From: Planctomycetota bacterium
GTDB taxonomy: Bacteria; Planctomycetota; UBA1135; UBA2386
NCBI GenBank assembly: GCA_965228735.1
Contig: OZ245838.1
Coordinates: forward strand, 2,336,001-2,400,000
Reading direction: 5' to 3'
DNA: 64,000 nt
The notes beneath the pieces are model-generated. The model made no database searches and was not told the DNA's origin. It was given only the letters and a program-made list of their open reading frames with translations. Below, piece after piece: positions 1 to 12,232 of the stretch (positions are counted from its first letter, which is position 1; each line of letters begins with the position of its first letter). A program made the translations under genes and the position numbers.

Positions 1-1218
1 ATCGGATTCGCCAGCTGCGCGAACGAGGCCGCGGCCAAGCCGCAGGGCCCCGACTTGCCCGCGCCGAAGCTCACCCCGTTCATCGACGAGCTCAAGGCGA
101 TGCGGGCCGCGCAGCCGCAGCCCGACGAAGCCGCCCAGCGCGAACTGAAGCAGTACGCGGACGTCGCGCTCGGCATCGTCGAGGGCGACGCCCGCATCAC
201 GGCCCGCGCCGAACGCGCGCTGCTCGAGCACCCGTTCGCGTGGCACCCGCTCGAGCAGGCGCTCGAACACGAGGACGTCGCTGTCCGCCGGCGCGCGGCG
301 TGGCTCTGCGGCAAGTCGGGCCACGGCGAGCTGCAGCTGCCGCTCGTGATCCGCTTCAAGTACGAGAAGGACCCCGAGGCCGTCGTCTGGATCGCGGACG
401 CGCTGCAGAAGCTCGGCAACGACTCGGGCGCGGCGTGGCTCGACGCCGCGATGAGCAACGAGGCGACCGCGGAGGTCGCGGGCCAGCGCGCGATCGAAAT
501 CTGCAACGCGCGCGGGATCGAGCTCAGCGAGAGCCCGACCTACGTCGAGCTGCGCGGCGCGATGCAGGACATCCACGCAGCCTGGCTGAGTCAGGGCAAG
601 GGCGGCAACCCCGACGTCGAGCCGCCGAGCGGCATCCACCTCGACGCCAGGCTCGCCAAACGCCTCGCGACGACCGAGCTGACGTACCTGCGGCCGATCG
701 ACGACGCGAAGTACATCCTCACGCGCTGCGGCCGGCTCGCCGTGCCGCTGCTCGAACGCGCGCTCGGAGCTTCCGAGCACTATCTGCGAACCGTGTCACT
801 GCACGTTCTGCAGGCCCTCGGCCCGTGCGCGAGCTCGACGGGCCCGGCCGTTCGCAAGCTGCTCGGCGACCCGATGACGCGCACCTACGCGGTCCGCACG
901 CTCGGCGAGATCGGCGACACCGACGCGCTGCCCGTGCTGCGCCAACTGCTCGACGCGATCGAGATCGAGTCGCGCGCCGAAGCCGCCTACGCGCTCGGCC
1001 TGCTGCGCGACGAGCAGAGCCGCGACATCCTCGGCAAGAAGCTCGCGGACGAGACCGAGGCCATGGACGTGCGCGTCAACGCCGCGTTCGCGCTGCTCTG
1101 CTTCGGCGAGCACCCGGAGGCGACCGCCTTCCTGCAGCAGCGCGAGGAGAAGGGCGACTACCACGCCCCGACGCTGCGCCGTCTGCGCGACCGCCTCGCC
1201 ACGCTCGCGAAAGGGTAG
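1..1218 (+). CDS. HEAT/PBS-lyase repeat protein, probable lipoprotein (5' truncated by window edge)
   Basis: Frame is open from base 1 (IGFASCANE..., lipobox-like FASC). Repeated HEAT-type helices (VRRRAAWLCG, RAEAAYALGLL, VRVNAAFAL). Confidence 0.75.
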   Translation: MGFASCANEAAAKPQGPDLPAPKLTPFIDELKAMRAAQPQPDEAAQRELKQYADVALGIVEGDARITARAERALLEHPFAWHPLEQALEHEDVAVRRRAAWLCGKSGHGELQLPLVIRFKYEKDPEAVVWIADALQKLGNDSGAAWLDAAMSNEATAEVAGQRAIEICNARGIELSESPTYVELRGAMQDIHAAWLSQGKGGNPDVEPPSGIHLDARLAKRLATTELTYLRPIDDAKYILTRCGRLAVPLLERALGASEHYLRTVSLHVLQALGPCASSTGPAVRKLLGDPMTRTYAVRTLGEIGDTDALPVLRQLLDAIEIESRAEAAYALGLLRDEQSRDILGKKLADETEAMDVRVNAAFALLCFGEHPEATAFLQQREEKGDYHAPTLRRLRDRLATLAKG

Positions 1219-1236
1219 TTGCCTGCCAGCCTGCGG

Positions 1237-1353
1237 GTGGCGGTACCGAACCCGCTTCGAATCCGCCACACCCCGCCGACAGCAATCCTGCGTCGATGTG
1301 CCGGTTGCGCCGTCGACACGGTGGCGGATTCGAAACGGGTTCGGTATCGCCAC
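1237..1353. repeat. REPIN-like inverted repeat, family A copy 1 (33-bp arms, 51-bp spacer)
   Basis: Arm 1237-1269 GTGGCGGTACCGAACCCGCTTCGAATCCGCCAC pairs with 1321-1353 (2 mismatches). Lies between convergent genes; second copy at 16313-16429. Confidence 0.9.
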
Positions 1354-1364
1354 GTCGCGCGGGG

Positions 1365-1943
1365 TCAGTCGCTCTCGGCCTTCGTCTGCAGCGGCGCTTT
1401 GCCGATCGCTACGAGAGTGCGCATCGCGTCCGCGGCGCGCACGTCGAGCCGATGGAGCGTTGCCGGGTCGGCGAACACGAGGCGGCCCGAGGTCGGCGTC
1501 GGCGCGCTCGGCACGAACACCAACGTGCGGCGCACGCCGTCCGGACCGTCCGCTTCGCCCGTGACGAGCCCCATCTCGTGTCCGCTCTCGGTCGGCACGA
1601 GCACGACGCCGTGGAAGAACTTGTCGCGGCCGGAGTCGTAGCCGAGCAGTTCCTTCAGCGACTGATACATCGGGCCGAGCAGCGGCAGGCTCTCGAGCAC
1701 GCGGTCGAACACCTTCCACAGCACCTTGCCGAGGTAGGTCGTGACGAACAGACCGCACAGGTAGACGAGCAGCACCGCGGCCAGGAGCCCGACGCCGGGG
1801 AAGTACCACGGCTGATCGACGAGCCACGACGCTGCGATACTCGCCTCGAGCTGCACGACCAGGAAGATCGTGCCGCCGATCGGCAGGAGCGCGACGACGC
1901 CCGCAACGAGGCAACGACTGATGTGACGCAGGGGCTTCTTCAT
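1365..1943 (-). CDS. DUF502-family membrane protein
   Basis: Two N-terminal TM segments, then LESLPLLGPMYQSLKE and VFVPSAPTPTSG, typical of DUF502. Start taken at MKKPLRH. Confidence 0.8.
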   Translation of the reverse strand: MKKPLRHISRCLVAGVVALLPIGGTIFLVVQLEASIAASWLVDQPWYFPGVGLLAAVLLVYLCGLFVTTYLGKVLWKVFDRVLESLPLLGPMYQSLKELLGYDSGRDKFFHGVVLVPTESGHEMGLVTGEADGPDGVRRTLVFVPSAPTPTSGRLVFADPATLHRLDVRAADAMRTLVAIGKAPLQTKAESD

Positions 1944-1989
1944 GGCGACTCCGATCGCGGCGTACCGCACGCCGGCATCGGGCGCCTGG

Positions 1990-2715
1990 CTACTGTCGTG
2001 CCGAAGCCGTGACCACGCCGGGCACGATCTCTTCCTGCGTCGGGACGAAGCTGCGGCCGACGTTGCTCGTGTCGAGGCCGGCCAGCGACTTCTGCACCGT
2101 GGCCTGCAGCGCGCGCCCGACGAGCAGGTACGGGCTCACGGGCTTCAGCGACACGGGCGTCATCTGGCGTTCGGCGAAGTTCTCGTCGTAGAGCTCGACG
2201 CGCTTGCCCGTCGACGGATCGACCGGACCGAAGACCCGCACGCGCAGTTCGACGTCGGCGAACGAACGCGCCCCCCCGACGTTCTCGACCGCGCCGGTCG
2301 TGAACTTGACGAGGCTCGGCGCGAGCACGAGCGCGCGATCGTCCGCGCGATCGACGACGTTCTCGAACAGGCCGCTCGCATCGAGCTGGCGCGCGAGGAT
2401 CTCGTCGACCATGGCGCGCACCGGCCGGTCCCACACCTGGTCGCTGCCGTAGCTGATCGGGAAGCCGCGATCGTGCAGCGGCAGGTCCTTGCCCGAGCGC
2501 GCGTCGGTGAGCGGCGCCACGAAGACCGGGCGGTCGCCCGGCACCCGCGTCGCATACGGCACGTCGACGTAGAGTCGTTCGTTGCTCGCGATGTCGAGGC
2601 TCTGCGACGTCGAGGCGCAGCCAGCCGCGATTGCGGCGAGGGCCAGGACCAGGAACGAGATCCCGCGGCACGTGACACTGACCGCAACACTGTGGAGAGG
2701 CTTCATCGTTCCCAT
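1990..2715 (-). CDS. hypothetical lipoprotein (YajG-like)
   Basis: 3' part of the long ORF 1990-5103. Signal peptide with lipobox AAGC, followed by V-x-D-x-R; the rest of the ORF is antisense shadow of acnA. Confidence 0.65.
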   Translation of the reverse strand: MGTMKPLHSVAVSVTCRGISFLVLALAAIAAGCASTSQSLDIASNERLYVDVPYATRVPGDRPVFVAPLTDARSGKDLPLHDRGFPISYGSDQVWDRPVRAMVDEILARQLDASGLFENVVDRADDRALVLAPSLVKFTTGAVENVGGARSFADVELRVRVFGPVDPSTGKRVELYDENFAERQMTPVSLKPVSPYLLVGRALQATVQKSLAGLDTSNVGRSFVPTQEEIVPGVVTASARQ

Positions 2716-2889
2716 GGCATCGTCCGTTGGGGCCGCGCGACTTGATCGATCCGTGAGCCCGGCCGCCGGCAGCGCGCAGGCACCCCGCAATTCGGCGTCC
2801 GGGCGGAATCGCACTGCCAACGCGAGACCGCTCCGGATAACCTGTTCGGCCGAAAACGGCTCGCCAGCCGCCGCCGTTCGAACAGCCAT

Positions 2890-5589
<2,700 letters not shown>

Positions 5590-5845
5590 GGCCGCCCCGG
5601 CCAGCTCGACATCCGGCCCAATGGATTGGCCCGTTCGATCTGGCCCGTTCGATTCGGGCGGCGAAGCGCCCATGCCACGGCCGATCGCCGGCGCCCGCCG
5701 CGCGCGGGCGATCCGGCCGATCCCGAGCCGGGACGGAATCCCGGCTCGCGGAGCCCGTTGGCCCGTTGCCTCGCCCGTTCGGGTTACTATTCGGTAGGCA
5801 GCACAGACGGCGCCCCCGCGCCGAGCCGTAGCCCCCACCCCCAGC

Positions 5846-6967
5846 ATGCAGACCCGCGACCTCGTGATCCTGATCGTCATCGCCGGCGTCGCCGCCGGCG
5901 TCGGCCTCGTGATCGGCGCCGATGACTCCCTTGCCAACGAGGCCCTGGCTCCTCCTGGCATCACGGATCCAGCGGCAAACGAGATCACCGACGAACCGGA
6001 CGAGGACGGTCCTGCGACTCCCGAGCTGGCCCAGTCGCAGGCCAACCCGCGCGCCATGCAGCAGCCGGAACCGCCCCGCGTGGACACGACGGGCTGGACG
6101 AAGGGCATCGTCCGCGGCGACATCCTGCTCGCCGCGTCCGTGCTCGACAAGCTCGACACGGTCAACATCATCGTCAAGGAACAGCGCGCGGCGATCGATC
6201 GGGCCGGCAACTTCCACGAGGTCCGCCAGTACATCGTGCCCGTCGAACGCAGCATCGGCACGCCGACGTTCGAGGTCCGGGACATCGAGTTCTCGAAGTA
6301 TCCCTACAAGGTCTCGGTCTACGCCGCGGGGCTGAACGGCAGCGCGCGCACGGTCATCATCAACGAGAAGACGCCGCTGCACGACGACATCCAGCTGCGC
6401 ATCACGCCCGGCCGGCCGTACTCGATCCTGCTGCGCGACCAGGACTACAACCCGTATCCCGACACGACGGTGCGCCTGATCCCGGTCGGCGACCCCCAGG
6501 GGCGCAAGGACTACACGGGCACGACGGACGGCTACGGCAGCATCGCGTTCGAGCAGGTGCTCGCGGGCGACTACCGCATCTGGGCGGGCCAGCAAGGCAT
6601 GGCGCTCGCCGAGCCCGAACTCGTCACCGTGCAATCGGAAGCCCGGGTCTACGGCAACAAGATCCAGGGTCAGGGCCATACCTACGTGATCCAGCGCGGC
6701 ATGCCGCTCGACGTTCGGATCACCGACCGCGGCGGCTACGCGATCGCGAACGCCTCGGTGCGACTGCAGGCGAGCGACCGCACGCGCGCGAAGCCGATCG
6801 ACCGCGCGACCGACGGCAGCGGCCTGCTGCACTACCCCCACCTGCTGCCCGGCAAGTGGATGATCACGGTGACCAAGCAGAACTACCAGCCGTGGACGCG
6901 GCAGGTCACGATCGAGGACGGGCAGTTGCACGAGCCCGTGAACGCGCAGCTGACTCGGCTGCGCTAG
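5846..6967 (+). CDS. membrane-anchored protein with carboxypeptidase-regulatory-like (prealbumin-like) beta domains
   Basis: N-terminal TM helix; two repeats of TDxxG...L.PG.Y/W.I typical of CarboxypepD_reg-like folds. Confidence 0.65.
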   Translation: MQTRDLVILIVIAGVAAGVGLVIGADDSLANEALAPPGITDPAANEITDEPDEDGPATPELAQSQANPRAMQQPEPPRVDTTGWTKGIVRGDILLAASVLDKLDTVNIIVKEQRAAIDRAGNFHEVRQYIVPVERSIGTPTFEVRDIEFSKYPYKVSVYAAGLNGSARTVIINEKTPLHDDIQLRITPGRPYSILLRDQDYNPYPDTTVRLIPVGDPQGRKDYTGTTDGYGSIAFEQVLAGDYRIWAGQQGMALAEPELVTVQSEARVYGNKIQGQGHTYVIQRGMPLDVRITDRGGYAIANASVRLQASDRTRAKPIDRATDGSGLLHYPHLLPGKWMITVTKQNYQPWTRQVTIEDGQLHEPVNAQLTRLR

Positions 6968-6988
6968 AGGGCGGCGGTCCTGCGCCAG

Positions 6989-7127
6989 GCGCGCAGCCGG
7001 ACATCTTGCGCTGGGCGCGCAGCCGGACATCTTGCGCTGGGCGCGCAGCCGGACCTCTTGCGCAGGCGCGTAGCCGGACCTCTTGTGCAGGCGCGCAGCC
7101 GGACCTCTTGCGCAGGCGCGCAGCCGG
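6989..7127. repeat. tandem repeat, about 5.5 copies of a 25-26-bp unit GCGCGCAGCCGGACMTCTTGCGCWG(G)
   Basis: Units start at 6989, 7015, 7041, 7066, 7091 and 7116 (partial), directly abutting with no spacers. Confidence 0.92.
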
Positions 7128-7193
7128 GCGCGGGGTAAGGAAAAAGGTCTGCCACCGAGTGGGCCCCAGGACTAGATTGGCCGCGCTTTCACG

Positions 7194-7673
7194 ATGGGCC
7201 AGCCTCTAGTCGACCTCGCGAGCCTCGATCTCACTCAGGACGTCATTCCCGAGGAAGAGCTGCGCTCGATCCTGCCGCACCGGGAGGAGTTCCAGCTCCT
7301 GGACGGCATCTGCCACTACGACGGCGAGGCCGGCCTGGCCGTCGGCTACAAGAAGTGGGACGACTCGCCGTGGTGGGGTCGCGGCCACATCCCCGGCCGC
7401 CCGATCATGCCGGGCGTGCTCATGATCGAGGGCGCAGCCCAGGTCGCATCGTTCTTGCTGAAGAAGGGCAACGCCTGGGCACTCGACGACTTCATCGGAC
7501 TCGCCGGTCTCGACAACGTGCGCTTCCGCGGCGCGATCGAACCGCCCGCGACGATCTACTTCGTCAGCGGCAACGTCCGCGTCTCGGGCCGCCGCCTCGC
7601 CCGCATGCCGGCCCAGGCCTTCTGCAATGGCGAGATGAAGTTGGAGACCGAGCTGCTCGGCGTGCTGCTGTGA
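7194..7673 (+). CDS. FabA/FabZ-family 3-hydroxyacyl-ACP dehydratase
   Basis: ILPHR-x-x-F-x-LLD, GHIPGRPIMPGVLMIEGAAQ, DNVRFRG. Confidence 0.9.
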   Translation: MGQPLVDLASLDLTQDVIPEEELRSILPHREEFQLLDGICHYDGEAGLAVGYKKWDDSPWWGRGHIPGRPIMPGVLMIEGAAQVASFLLKKGNAWALDDFIGLAGLDNVRFRGAIEPPATIYFVSGNVRVSGRRLARMPAQAFCNGEMKLETELLGVLL

Positions 7674-7677
7674 CGCC

Positions 7678-9705
7678 GTGAGCGACGCTCCGCCACCGCG
7701 CTGGTTCGCGCTGCTGCCGGTGCTCGCGATCGCTGCCTGGTGGCCGATCGCACCCTACTGGCAGAGCGACGACTTCCTCGCGCTGCACTACAGCCAGTCG
7801 CTCACCCGCGCTCTCAGCGACTTCGTCGGCCCGCAGTACGGCGCGACCGACATCTGGCTGTTCTATCGGCCGCTCATCACGCTGAGCTTCTGGTTCGACC
7901 AGCTGATCGCCGGCAGCGACCCGTTCTTCTCCCATCTGTCGAACGTGCTCGCACACGGCGTGAGCGCGCTGCTCGTCGCGCTGATCTGGCGGCGATTTCT
8001 GCCAGCAGGGCGCGCGTTCGGCGCGGGGCTGGTGTGGGCCGTGATGCCGGGCCACGTCGGCTCGATCGCCTGGGGCGTCGGTCGCGTCGACAGCCACACC
8101 GTGGTCTGGTGCCTGCTCGCGGGCTGGCTGCTGCTGCGCCAGTGCGAACGCGCCCAGGGTTCCGCGGATGGCCGAACGACCCGCTGGCCGGCGCTACTTG
8201 CGCTCGCGGCCGCGCTCGCGAGCAAGGAGCTCGCGTTCATCGTGCCGCCGGCGTGCACGCTGCTCGCGTTCTGCGTGGCCCGCGGCTCGTTCGGGTCACG
8301 TGCCCGGTTCGCCGCGCGCGAGTCGCTCTCCACCTGGCTCGTGTTCGCCGGCTACCTCGGGGTGCGCTTCGCCGTGCTCGGGCGCTTCGGCGGCTATCTC
8401 GGCGCGACCTACGAACCGGTGGCGATGGCGTCGGGCCTGCTGACCTACTGCGGCAACCTGCTGGTCCCGCTGCGCTGGGTCGCGGGCGGCGCGGCGCTCG
8501 GCGAGGGTTCGGGCTCGATCGCCGTCGTCATCGCGGCAGCGTGCCTGCTGCCGGCCGCGCTGACGGCGCTGCTGCGCCCGCATCGCACGACGGCCGCGAT
8601 CCTGATGTTCCTCGGCACGGCGGCGCCCGTCTCCGCGTTCTTCGTGTCCGCCGAGAACGTGCACAACCTGCGCTACTTCTACCTGCCGACGGTGGCGCTC
8701 GCGGGTCTGCTCGCCGGCCCGGGGCTGTGGTCCGCGGTGCTCGTCGCGTTGACGTTCGTCGTGCCGCTGGTCGCGATGCGCGGCGAACAAGTCGACGCCG
8801 ACCGCGAGTCCGCGGCGATGCACGCGGCGCTGCTGCAGACGGCCGGTGGACTGCCGGCCGCACCGCCCGAGGAACCTCACCGCCTGTTCGTCGCGGGCCT
8901 GCCGCACAGCAACCCGCGCGGCAGCGTCGTGCAGCTGCACTTCGCGGTCGATCGCATGCTGCAGCCGCCGTTCCACGGCTCCGGCGGACCGGAGCTCTAC
9001 GCGCTGCGATCGCTCGACGCGTCGGGCGATCCGACCGCGTTCCGGCCGTGGCCGAAGCGGGCGCCCCGCGCGCTGCCCGGGGCGTTGAACCTGACCTACG
9101 CGTTCGCGCCCGGCGACCCGACCCGACTCGAACCGATCCCGGCCGCGCCGAGCGACCTCCCCGATCTCCCCCTCGCCGGTGACCTCGAGGCGGGCGATCT
9201 CGATGACGGCGTGCTCGACGTCTCGACCGCGCGCCTGCACGCGGCGACCGCGCGCTACCCCGGCATCTTCGAGAACCGCGAGCCGAGCTTCGGGCTCACG
9301 ACGCCGGGCGTCCGACCGACGTGCTACCGCGTCACGCTGTTCACGGCGAACGGCTGGATCTGTGGCCTCGTCTTCGATCATGGTCTCGGCGGCGACGATT
9401 CCGGCAGCATCGACATGCTGCGCTTCCTCGTGAACGACGAGCACTTCCGCCCGACCGGAGCGCCGGCGTTCGCGGGCAGGTCGGCAGCGCTGACCGGCCC
9501 CGACGAGGCGCGACTCGTCGCCCTCGACCTCCTGATCCCGACCACGATCGACCTCGAACCCGCGTTCCCGACGCTGATCGAGGCCGGCAACCTCGACCCC
9601 GCGACGTTCCGCTTCACCCCGACCCACCGCGCCCGCCGGCTCGTGCTGCTCCGGTTCGATCGTAATTATCCGAGCTGGGTGCGATTGCTGCAGGGCGGCA
9701 GCTGA
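7678..9705 (+). CDS. polytopic membrane protein, probable GT-C fold glycosyltransferase
   Basis: SDDF loop after TM1, FYRPL, ASKE, RYFY motifs, many TM helices and a soluble C-terminal domain. Confidence 0.65.
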   Translation: MSDAPPPRWFALLPVLAIAAWWPIAPYWQSDDFLALHYSQSLTRALSDFVGPQYGATDIWLFYRPLITLSFWFDQLIAGSDPFFSHLSNVLAHGVSALLVALIWRRFLPAGRAFGAGLVWAVMPGHVGSIAWGVGRVDSHTVVWCLLAGWLLLRQCERAQGSADGRTTRWPALLALAAALASKELAFIVPPACTLLAFCVARGSFGSRARFAARESLSTWLVFAGYLGVRFAVLGRFGGYLGATYEPVAMASGLLTYCGNLLVPLRWVAGGAALGEGSGSIAVVIAAACLLPAALTALLRPHRTTAAILMFLGTAAPVSAFFVSAENVHNLRYFYLPTVALAGLLAGPGLWSAVLVALTFVVPLVAMRGEQVDADRESAAMHAALLQTAGGLPAAPPEEPHRLFVAGLPHSNPRGSVVQLHFAVDRMLQPPFHGSGGPELYALRSLDASGDPTAFRPWPKRAPRALPGALNLTYAFAPGDPTRLEPIPAAPSDLPDLPLAGDLEAGDLDDGVLDVSTARLHAATARYPGIFENREPSFGLTTPGVRPTCYRVTLFTANGWICGLVFDHGLGGDDSGSIDMLRFLVNDEHFRPTGAPAFAGRSAALTGPDEARLVALDLLIPTTIDLEPAFPTLIEAGNLDPATFRFTPTHRARRLVLLRFDRNYPSWVRLLQGGS

Positions 9706-9768
9706 TACGACTCAGCGGCGACCGGCCCGAATGCCGATCAGGAGACCGCTACCCCCGCCCGCAGGACG

Positions 9769-11448
9769 ATGACCGAGACCGCCGAGGAACCCATGAGCGC
9801 CGAGATCGTCGACGACGATCCGTCCGGCCCCGTCGCGGGAATCGCGCGGCCGGGTCGCTGGGTGCTCGCGCTCATCGCGGCCGCGGCATTGATCCGCTTG
9901 CCGTTCCTGTTCGACAGCGTGTGGTTCGACGAAGCGTGCGTATCCGGCCAGCGCCTCGGCACGCTGGAGCAGCTCGTCGCGACCGTCTACGCCGACACCC
10001 ACCCACCGCTCTGGTCGCTGCTCATGCACGGCTGGTTCCGGCTGTTCGGCGACAGCGAGTGGGTGTTGCGCCTGCCCTCGCTGCTGTTCGGCCTGCTGAC
10101 CCTGCCGCTCCTGTTCTATCGCGGCCGGTATCTCGTCGGCGACCGCGGCGCGCTCTGGGGCACCGCGTTGCTCGCGCTGTCGCCGCCCCACGTCTGGTGC
10201 TCGACCGACGCGAGCCCGCACGCGGCGATGGCGTTCTTCGGCGTCGCGATGTGCATGACGTTCGCGCAGCTGATGACCGAACGTCGCACGGCGTGGCGAT
10301 GGCTGCTGCACGTCACCGTGGTGTTCCTGGCGCTGGCGCTGCACTACTACCTTGCGTTCCTCGCGATCGTCCTCGCGGCTGCGGCCCCGCTGATCGCGCG
10401 CGGATTCACGCGCACGGTGCTCAACATCCTGTGCTGGCACGGCCTCGCGGTGATGCTGCTCGGCACCTGGCTGTGGCTCAAGGAACGGCTCGGCGCGCCG
10501 ATGGTCACGGAGGTCGAGCTGCGATCGCTCACGCCGGACGCCATGCACGATCTGTTCTACGGCTGGGGTTGGACCGGCAACGCGCTCCGGCCGCTCGGAC
10601 TGCCGGGATGGCTCGCCGTCGACCTCGTGCAATGGCTGGCGATCGCGCTCACCGGCTTCGGCATCGTTCAGGTCCTGAGCCGGCAACGCGAACGCGCGCT
10701 CGGCGTGCTCGTCCCCGCGCTCGCGCTGACGATCCCCGCGAGCCTCGTGCTCATGGCGTGGGGCGGCCTCGGCAACGGCTACGCCCCGCGCACCTGCCTG
10801 CCGGCGATCCCGCTGCTGCTGCTGCTGATCGGCGCCGGCATCCGACTGCTGCCGGGCTGGATCCGGCTGCCGGCGGGCGCGCTCGCGCTGCTCGTCGCGC
10901 TCACGAGCACGGCCTCGATGTGGTGGCATCGCCACGAGCACTACGCGATCCAACGGCCCAAGGCCGACTGGCGCGCCGCGGCCGCCTGGCTCGGCAGCGA
11001 GATCGACGCCCGCGCGGCCGCTCTGGAACCGGGCTTCGTGTTCTCGTCGATGCCCAATCCGCGGCCGCTGTCCTACTACGAGCCGCGCATCCAGGACGAA
11101 CGCGCACTCACTCCTCCCACGACGACGACGGCGATCCGCAGCGCCGCCGAACGCGCCCTGGGGAGCTGGGCCGGCGACCTCACGGCCGACTTCTTCGAGC
11201 GCTTCGCGGCGGGCAACGCCGCGCGCCTCGCGAATGCCCGGCTGCGGATCCGGCGCTGCGAGCGCGATCCGACGGCGCTCGCGCTCCCGCCCGGCGATCA
11301 CGTGTGCTACCTCGTGCAGTACCATTGGCACCCGCCGGTGGCGGAGGAGACCGCGATCGCCGCGCTGCTCGCCCACGACCGCGTCGAGGTCCTCGGGCAC
11401 GAGAGCTTCCCGGGGCTCGACGTCTACAAGGTCCGAATCACGCAGTGA
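9769..11448 (+). CDS. GT39/ArnT-like (PMT_2) glycosyltransferase
   Basis: SVWFDEA, HPPL, GDSEWVLRLPS motifs and multiple TM helices. Confidence 0.8.
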   Translation: MTETAEEPMSAEIVDDDPSGPVAGIARPGRWVLALIAAAALIRLPFLFDSVWFDEACVSGQRLGTLEQLVATVYADTHPPLWSLLMHGWFRLFGDSEWVLRLPSLLFGLLTLPLLFYRGRYLVGDRGALWGTALLALSPPHVWCSTDASPHAAMAFFGVAMCMTFAQLMTERRTAWRWLLHVTVVFLALALHYYLAFLAIVLAAAAPLIARGFTRTVLNILCWHGLAVMLLGTWLWLKERLGAPMVTEVELRSLTPDAMHDLFYGWGWTGNALRPLGLPGWLAVDLVQWLAIALTGFGIVQVLSRQRERALGVLVPALALTIPASLVLMAWGGLGNGYAPRTCLPAIPLLLLLIGAGIRLLPGWIRLPAGALALLVALTSTASMWWHRHEHYAIQRPKADWRAAAAWLGSEIDARAAALEPGFVFSSMPNPRPLSYYEPRIQDERALTPPTTTTAIRSAAERALGSWAGDLTADFFERFAAGNAARLANARLRIRRCERDPTALALPPGDHVCYLVQYHWHPPVAEETAIAALLAHDRVEVLGHESFPGLDVYKVRITQ

Positions 11449-12215
11449 GCGCGGCCCTGGGCAGCCAGGCGAACGCCGAGGCCGCGTTCGACCTCAGCGT
11501 CGTGATCGCGTGCTACCAGGAGGAGTCGCACCTGCGACAATCGGTGCGGGAACTGACCGGCGTGCTCGACGAGACCGGCCGCTCGTACGAGCTGATCTTC
11601 ATCGACGACAAGAGCACCGACGACACGGCCGCGATCATCGCGGAGCTCGTCGCGGACCGACCGACCTGGCGCGCGTTCTATCACGAACGGAACGTCGGTC
11701 GCGGCGGCACGGTCACCGAGGGCTTCGCGCTCGCGAACGGCCGCATCGTCGGTTTCCTCGACATCGATCTCGAGGTCCACGCCCGGTTCATCCCCGCGGT
11801 GCTCGCCGCGATCGACGACGGCATGGACGGCGCGACCGCGTACCGCAACTACACCGTGGGCCTGCGCCCGACGAGCATCCTGCGTCACGTCCTGAGCCAG
11901 GGTTACCGCTGGCTCTTCCGCATGCTGTTCGACGTGCCGTTCCGCGACCCCGAGACCGGCTTCAAGTTCTTCCGCCGCGAACGCATCCAGCCGGTCGCCG
12001 CAGAGACCCGCGATCCGCACTGGTTCTGGGACAGCGAGATCATGGTGCTCGCGCATCGCGCCGGCCTGCGCATCGTCGAGGTCCCGGCGCGCTTCGAGCG
12101 CCGCGCCGACAAGCAGTCGACCGTGCGGATCGTCAGCGACGTCTGGAAGTACCTCGTCGCGATCCGCGCGTTCCGGCGCCGCCTCCGGGCCGCCGACCGC
12201 GCAGCCAGGACCTGA
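11445..12215 (+). CDS. GT2 polyprenol-phosphate glycosyltransferase (DPM1-like)
   Basis: LSVVIACYQE, IFIDDKSTD, FLDIDLE, DPETGFKFF, WFWDSEI. GTG start overlaps upstream stop (GTGA). Confidence 0.85.
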   Translation: MSAALGSQANAEAAFDLSVVIACYQEESHLRQSVRELTGVLDETGRSYELIFIDDKSTDDTAAIIAELVADRPTWRAFYHERNVGRGGTVTEGFALANGRIVGFLDIDLEVHARFIPAVLAAIDDGMDGATAYRNYTVGLRPTSILRHVLSQGYRWLFRMLFDVPFRDPETGFKFFRRERIQPVAAETRDPHWFWDSEIMVLAHRAGLRIVEVPARFERRADKQSTVRIVSDVWKYLVAIRAFRRRLRAADRAART

Positions 12216-12232
12216 ATCGACCCGGGAACGAC

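Noticed and set aside
6989..7127. Possible CRISPR array
   Set aside because: Units abut directly with no unique spacers, and there are no cas genes.
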